Positions 47,401 to 53,620 of a stretch of 53,620 nucleotides of DNA are shown piece after piece. The stretch comes from Phoronis australis (taxonomy: Eukaryota > Animalia > Phoronida): the NCBI GenBank assembly GCA_002633005.1, contig NMRA01000189.1, positions 577,367-630,986 of the forward strand. The letters run 5' to 3'. The notes under the pieces were generated by a model. The model was not told the DNA's origin, made no database searches, and saw only the letters and a program-made list of their open reading frames with translations. A program made the translations under genes and the position numbers. Position 1 is the stretch's first letter. Each line of letters begins with the position of its first letter.

Positions 47401-50400
47401 TTCAATGTCAACCAATTTCAATGCTTTGTGTTAATCTAAAACGCACAGTCAGGAAAAGTCTGATTTACATCACTGTTTTATCACAGACAGTGATGAACTT
47501 AAAATCAGCAACAATACTTGAAAATTTCAAGTCGCTTGTTTTAACCAAACAGTGGTGAAATGTTTTAAGGGATTGCCAAATGCTGCACTTTTCCAGAGCA
47601 GACCTGCCGCATATTTTGCAACTTGTGTCTAACATTATTTTGTGATTCTGATTGTTGTGTATTATAAACTACTTAATTTCAATTGTCTGCATATTCCTCG
47701 CCTACTGCCGGTCATCATGCAACATATTTCATGCAACGGCCATTTGGTGACATGCTGGAATGTCTTATAACAATTTCTATGTTTGCTATTGCCAAAGGCA
47801 ATGAAAAACGGGATTTTTCGAACACTGCAACAGTTATACTGCACTTACCCTGGTAACACCCCCCTTTTGCAGTCATAACCACCTAATATTTGTTTCCTAA
47901 ACAACACCGTCCTTTTGGCTTCCCTACTTAGTTAAAATATACATATACCCACCCTTGGTTAATACAGAAAGGACTTTTGGCACCTCAAAGCACCACATCT
48001 TCCAGAACGCTCCCTTCAGCTGCCACATGCATACAATTTGCATGCTTTCACCAGACCAAGAAGCACATTGCATGTATTCAGTCAAGTAGATGTTACTCAA
48101 TTCTCACACCGTTGTACATGATGCAGCACCTTTCTTTGGTAGTTAATCCAAGCATGAGAGTTTGTCAGAATGCACAATGCAACTTTTAAAAAAATTCCCT
48201 AATAAACGAGCACGTTTGGCTCAATGACTTGCGCGTTCACCCAGACAAGTAAAAGACCCACAACCAAAACATGAGAAAACAGTTTGAATTTCTTGAGCAC
48301 TTCCAAACACATGCAAACTTAGTCAGTGACATCTTTAAATTATTTATTTTATGCATGTTCTTCTGGGAACAACTGCAGTACTTTAGCTGAATAAAAAATT
48401 CAGTCCTTTGATGCAGATCTAAGCATTCAATTCTATAGTCTATCATGCCTAGGACTACATTCAAGGCAGAACATTAACTAAATAATGTCACAGCTTTTCA
48501 AGAGCCTGCATGACAAGCACTAATAAAACTTTTGTCCTCAAAATCTAAAAAGCCCATTCACTAATAGTAAAGACTACATTTTGTTAACCTGAATTTTCCC
48601 CGACTGGCTAAGCATACAATTTATTTATTAAAGAAAAATCCCATCTTGCTGGCAAATGATATGTGAACACCATGGAGCACAGGTGTAGCAATAGTAATTG
48701 AACAGGGAAAGTGTTAAACCATGCAGTGAATAGCACCACCTATAAGTCAGTGATTACAGGATTCTTTTCCATGAAAAGTGACCCAAGAATTAAGTCTGAA
48801 ATTTGGTCTAACACGTCAGTCACCCACATCACAATAGTACTGAATAAAGGTTTAGCTATGTAATTGCTACCACGCTAATATCTACATTTTTTTACAAAAT
48901 ATCTCAGTAATTAGCAGTAATGAGTTTTGCACAGAAATATTTGAGGAGTACAAGGCCAAATTTCTGACTTAAGTCTTAAGGAACCATTCGTCAAACAGAC
49001 GCTCGAGTGCTGTAAACATCTGCACACAATTATCTTACCACTTATCAGCACAGCCAAGATCCCTAGTCCAGCTTAAAGTCAGTTCGTCTTTAACGACGAG
49101 TCTGTGGTAATATTCTCTGCATGACTGACCGACGTCATCATAAAGCCTACATACCTAGGGTAAACAGAACAAAGCAGTGTTTAAAATTCTTCCAACATGG
49201 CCAAAGGAAAAAAAAACATCAACAGCAATGATTTATCCGGGTATGAATGACAACACATGGTCAGTATTCAAACCAGAGTCAAGCTAAACTTGTGTTGTTC
49301 AAAGGAGTAAGGCCATCATGCACATGTAGTCCTTGCTAAAGGAGATATTGATAAGATATTGAGCTAGAGTTCGCTGGTCACAAACAAATCAATATGTATC
49401 CTGGTGGACACCATTAAATTGCCAGATTCTTGCATACGGTAAAAACTTCTCAACCTCACTGGCATTGTTGTGCCTTCAATGTGGTAAAACAGAAACTTTT
49501 GATAGCTGCAGTATAAAACAAGCATTTGTTTGGTGCAACTTACGTTTCATGAGAAATTAAACAAAATTTCACATGTCCAATGATTTGTGTCATAAACTGG
49601 CAGCATCTTACCGTAACCGTTTGGTGTCATACATCTCTCTGGGGGGTGGGGGTGTAGATTTTGTCAAGAAGGCAAAGGTAGCGGAATTCACCAACAGTAT
49701 TAATTGCAAAGTTTTCAAACTATTTTGAAGCACAAACCAAGCCCTTAAGCAGGAGGGAAAAGAAGTAATGTCTGATAATATGACAATATTTACGAATAAC
49801 ACGTAAATTGCAGGAATGAATTAGACAAAACATTAAGTTATGGAATTTAGTTTCTTATCATAACTTAGGTGAACTTTGGACCTCTATATTTTAGACAAAG
49901 AGGAACAGCAATTAATAGTTGTCATGCCAAGCCTCTCTGTCAGTAATTTGATGATCTGGAGCAACTCCGTAAAACTTGCAAAGGCGGATCCATTGCAATG
50001 TGAGGGAGCTCAAAGCTCAATGCTGGAAGTAACTTGACAGCCCAAGCATTCCTGCTCGGGAGAGCTGTCCCCAATTTTCAAAATACAACAAAAATCACAA
50101 GTAAAATCAAAATCTCAACCTCATTTCCATGTTTTTCTAGTTTTGTCATCTCCGCATCAGTCTTTTGAAAGAAGTCCACCATTGCTTTTGGAGCTTTGTA
50201 GCGTCCCTTGAACATCAATGCCACAAGACGGCGCTCACGTTCGTAACTTTCCATGAAATGCCGTATGCGTGCTTTAGCTTGCAGTAATGGGTTTCCCATG
50301 GCATCAAACAGTTCGTGCATTCTTTTCAGCATTGAAGTCACAAGCCACGAGTACGCGAATACCGCCTCTTGAAGAAGTGTCTGTGACCGGTTGTATGTGA

Positions 50401-50499
50401 CCACATGTCGACCAATCAGAAACATGAGGGCAGCACACTGCTTTGCTAGCGGGGCGTCATTGTCCAACGAAAAAACAGTGCCAAATCGGGGAAATCTTG
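38390..50499 (-). CDS. TBK1: TBK1/IKK-epsilon-like kinase, 3' part (scaffold/dimerisation domain and C-terminal coiled coil); 5' exons outside the window
   Basis: Exons 50499-50120, 49154-49039, 43317-43201, 42487-42289, 40566-40385, 39328-39257, 38468-38390 join in frame. FKRDKQLKRLTYNEEQIHK matches the TBK1 signature FKKDKAERRLAYNEEQIHK; LDNDAPLAK resembles LDGDASMAK; EENERLI resembles AENNHIL; TENGGL resembles TMDGGL. Confidence 0.88.
39257..39328 (-). CDS. TBK1: TBK1 exon (C-terminal coiled coil)
   Basis: INQLQTMTKEIGDMGEENERLIG; TTTCAG acceptor and GTAAGT donor. Confidence 0.82.
40385..40566 (-). CDS. TBK1: TBK1 exon
   Basis: KHNSHSQNMTQLVDQLE...LQLLE; TTTGCAG acceptor and CA|GTAAGT donor. 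Confidence 0.78.
41100..41645 (-). mobile_element. Degenerate HINE core fragment
   Basis: TTGCCACTAGAGGGCA, GCCACTAGTAGGCAC and GGTTTAGGAAATACA motifs are reverse complements of the HINE core. Confidence 0.6.
42289..42487 (-). CDS. TBK1: TBK1 exon
   Basis: KNTMNTNCSTGVNLAQSQCYAKLKGMFQYFSAWFRKAHQVRLRQ...SLQE; TTTTCTCTCATCAG acceptor; GAG|GTAGGC donor. Confidence 0.85.
42470..42897 (-). repeat. 42-bp minisatellite (10 copies) made of the TBK1 intron/exon junction
   Basis: Minus-strand unit CTGTATGGTGTCTTCTCTCATCAG|GAACACCATGAATACTAA; two units are 46 bp. Confidence 0.95.
43201..43317 (-). CDS. TBK1: TBK1 exon (RL.YNEEQIHK motif)
   Basis: NSKLLKIIESVDQTRIDFKRDKQLKRLTYNEEQIHKVL; TTTTCAG acceptor and GTGAG donor. 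Confidence 0.92.
49039..49154 (-). CDS. TBK1: TBK1 exon
   Basis: VCRLYDDVGQSCREYYHRLVVKDELTLSWTRDLGCADK; TAG acceptor and TG|GTAAG donor; phases fit both neighbours. Confidence 0.8.
50120..50499 (-). CDS. TBK1: TBK1 exon (start of scaffold/dimerisation domain)
   Basis: CTGAC branch point + ACAG acceptor; RFPRFGTVFSLDNDAPLAKQCAA...LEKHGNE; GAG|GTTGAG. Confidence 0.85.
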
Positions 50500-51220
50500 C
50501 TGTTGTGTCAGTAATGGAAGTAAGTTGTAGCAATGAATTAGAAAACATTCTCATAACACAGATAACACAATTATGACATGAAATGGGCAAAAGTGTGGTT
50601 ACAATTTGCAATACAAGAAAGTAGGTCAAGTTATTCCACTGGATAATCAACACAATCTTAATACTTAATTGCCAGAGCGTAATCTTCGACACAAGGAACA
50701 CTGTCAACATAATCTCCGACACAAATAACACTGCAAAGAAACAAAAACCCAGCCTGGTCTCGCATAGATGTAGGAAAACATATTTGTTCGCTGACCAAGT
50801 TTCTAAAATGTCAGGTACTTCTAAGCTGAGTGATTCAAGTGACATGAATATTGGACATCCAAGCACTTGTCTGGCTTGCATGATACCTGATGTTGGCTAT
50901 GAATCTCAGTGTTCATCACTGGAATTTCATAGGCATTTGAATACAGAATGGGGTATTTTTGACACAAAAAGAACCCATGCGAGTAATAATAGTAAACATC
51001 ATACAAAAAAGACAAGCATTGTGGATTACACAAAGGAATTTACGTAAACGCTGAATCACTTCAAGACTGGGCTATTTTGCAGGATTTACTGCAACCTCAC
51101 AACTTAAAAGTCTATTTCAGTACCAACAAAACAAAAAATCGATCAAGTTGCAAAAATCTTGCCAAACACTTTCGAACTCTGTATGCTTCCTTCAATCCAC
51201 ATATCTTTCGCCTTTACAGT

Positions 51221-52596
51221 AAAAAAGAGCAATGCGGAACACTGAAATGTACCCACAAATGCACTGCAAACAATGTGCTTCTAGGGTTGTTTATTTGTAT
51301 CATAAAAATAGCCACTAGATGGCGCAAAATACGTCAAATCCATTCAAAAACAGAATGCTTTCATTTCTTTAATAGAAAGCTATTCACCGATCTGTCAAGG
51401 AACTTAGAGAACAAAGAAAAACGGAAAAAATGAAACGAGCCACTAGGATACACAGCGTTCGTCACCTCCTTCTGAAAGATGTAGTCGTCTGCAGTTAACT
51501 TCATATAAATACACTTACTAAATTTTATAAAGATCCTGCAGTAGTTTTAGGAGATACATATAACGGTGCAAAACAAAACATAATTGCCACTACGAGGTGT
51601 CACAGCAGTCGAAGTCATCATCGACACGTTGAGAACATACACCTCAATTTTCACAATTATCCTTAGAATGGTTTGGTTGGAAGAGGGGCGGACGCCAAAA
51701 AATAGACTCGAAAACAGCAAAAATGGCCACTAGGTAGTGCAAAGTGCCTCATATCCATCAGAAAACGAAAGCATAGCGTCATCTCGCCAATAGATGCCTA
51801 TAATGCAAATTTTATGAAAATCGGTTGAAGACCTTTGAAGATACAGAGGTATCTGAAAATTGAGAGATAGCGTCACCTCATTAAAAGATCCCAGTATGCC
51901 AAATTTTATAAAAATAAGTTGAGGACCTTTGAACGTACAGGGGTAAGCGTAAAAAAAATAATATAATTGCCACTAAGTGGCACACCAGTAGTCAGATCCG
52001 TCCGAAAGTCGTCGTCTGTAGTCAACGTCATATAAATACTCTTACTAAATTAATTAAAGATCCTTCGAACGGTTTAGGAGATACAGCCATTAGCTCAAAA
52101 AAAACCACTAGGCGGCGCCACAGTAGTCGAAATCATCGAAAAATCATCGTCAGCCGTCCACTTCATAGTAAAAACATACGTGCCAATTTTCACAATCATC
52201 CTTTGAGCGGTTTGGTTGATAGAGGAGTGGATGCAAAAAACAAACTTGAAAACAGTAAAAATGGCCACCAGATGGCGCTAACTACATTGAATCCATCCGA
52301 AAACGGCAGGAAAGCATAATCTCACTAATAAGTGCCTATATACCAAATTTTACGAAAATCCATTCAGGACTTTTGAAGAGAGCGGTAAACATAAAACACT
52401 AAAATTGCCACTAGGAGGCACACCGGTACTTGGATCCTTCTGAAAGTTCGCCCATGCCATCCCATCCATGGAAGAAACACATGTGCAAAATTTTATAAAT
52501 ATACGACAAGGCGTTATTGAGATAGAGCAGCGGATGCCGGACGGATGGAGATGACGGCATAATGCGTGCACATAAAAATATGTGGGCACATAAAAA
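51221..52596 (-). mobile_element. Complete HINE-like element
   Basis: GTGGGCACATAAAAA 5' end with GGAC microsatellite at about 52540-52596; degenerate 3' end AAGAGCAATGCGG...ATGTACCCAC at 51221; cores with GCCACTAG.TGGC. Confidence 0.82.
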
Positions 52597-53338
52597 TCAG
52601 TAAAAGGTTTTGAATATTTTTATGATATCGTAAAAGTAAGCATTATTAATCGTCACATAAGCTATATATTGGTCACATCACATGACCCATAGCTAAGTTT
52701 GAAAAGGTTTCTGCCTCGACCGGGTTCGAATACGAGACTTTCTGCTATCTGTGAATATTAAGCTAAAGCAGAAACCAAACAAGAACAAAAAAGGCAAAAC
52801 AATTTATGTGAAAATGTAATGACAGCATTATTTCTGCATGTCCAGTGAACAAAGATAAGTTCTGGCTAAACTAGGAAGGTGGATTTCTCCCACCACAGCT
52901 AGCCTCAATCATACAACAGTTAATCATGACAAAACTACTCAGCTTCATTACGAACTGCCGGATTTTTCCGATGAAACAAAATAAACAGTAATACCTGATT
53001 ACAAGTTTTGAGAATTGAAGCCGCAACCACATCTGAGCCAACGTGGGTCGTCGACATAAATGGTTGCCAAGCAGAAGCTTCGATTAAAAAACAAAGGACC
53101 ATATTACAAAACAAGCAGTACAGTAACTGTTAATGCCAAATAATACCTTATGTCACACACTCACTCTTATAGGAAATAAGGTCAGGGTAGGTAAGAGTAG
53201 GATAAAGAAAAAAGTTCAAATTCTGAATAACTTGGGAACATCAAATCTCAGAAATGACGATCTGATCCATATATGACAGATCTGATTCTTATGAAATGAC
53301 TGATGAGATCCATATGAAATGACAGATCAGATTCATGT

Positions 53339-53600
53339 ACAAGAGCAACGCAGAGCGTTGAACTGCGCCCACAATTGCACCGTATACGGTATCCTTCTAG
53401 GGTTGTTTATTGGTACCATAAAGTGGCCAGTAGAGGGCATATATGTAGTATGTTGTACTTTGCAAAACGGAAAGGCATGGTCATTGTCTCCTCAATAGGC
53501 TAGGGGCAAAATGTGAGTGATCTTCATAATACAAGCACATCCTATACATCAGTTGCTTAAAGCACCACAGAAACATAGAATTAAAAACAAATTTACCAAC
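53339..53600 (-). mobile_element. HINE-like element, 3' end
   Basis: ACAAGAGCAACGCAGAGCGTTGAACTGCGCCCAC is the reverse complement of the 3' subTIR + hairpin. Confidence 0.75.
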
Positions 53601-53620
53601 ATACGAGATTAGCACAGCAT

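Noticed and set aside
50500-50881. N-terminal hydrophobic part of the 267-aa ORF as a membrane protein
   Set aside because: Intronic read-through upstream of the acceptor at 50500; TBK1 similarity begins only after it.
53597-53620. End of the preceding TBK1 exon (AVLISYV, G|GTAAAT, phase 1)
   Set aside because: Only 24 nt are visible and they adjoin a degenerate HINE; not supportable.

Overview
AT-rich, intron-rich animal genomic DNA (invertebrate-like; the species cannot be determined from sequence alone) with one 65-nt assembly gap. Three spliced genes can be reconstructed by hand with consistent intron phases. (1) A complete 13-exon Pelle/IRAK1-class death-domain kinase on + (891..27665, about 940 aa; non-RD HGDIKS loop, polyQ exon, long low-complexity tail, one probable GC-AG intron). 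(2) A 2-exon PI-PLC X-domain (PLCXD) gene on - (31262..32999, 320 aa). (3) The 3' half of a TBK1/IKK-epsilon gene on - (7 exons, 38390..50499; kinase and ubiquitin-like domains lie beyond the window). Introns hold Helentron-associated (DINE-1/HINE-like) elements, tRNA-derived SINEs, MITEs, long palindromes and minisatellites. The most notable observations are: HINE cores that carry a CTCF-consensus motif about every 150 bp and are all co-oriented with their host genes; a 10-copy tandem array of a TBK1 splice acceptor in which only the last copy keeps the reading frame; and tight linkage of two Toll-pathway kinases. Most short ORFs in the supplied track are spurious.
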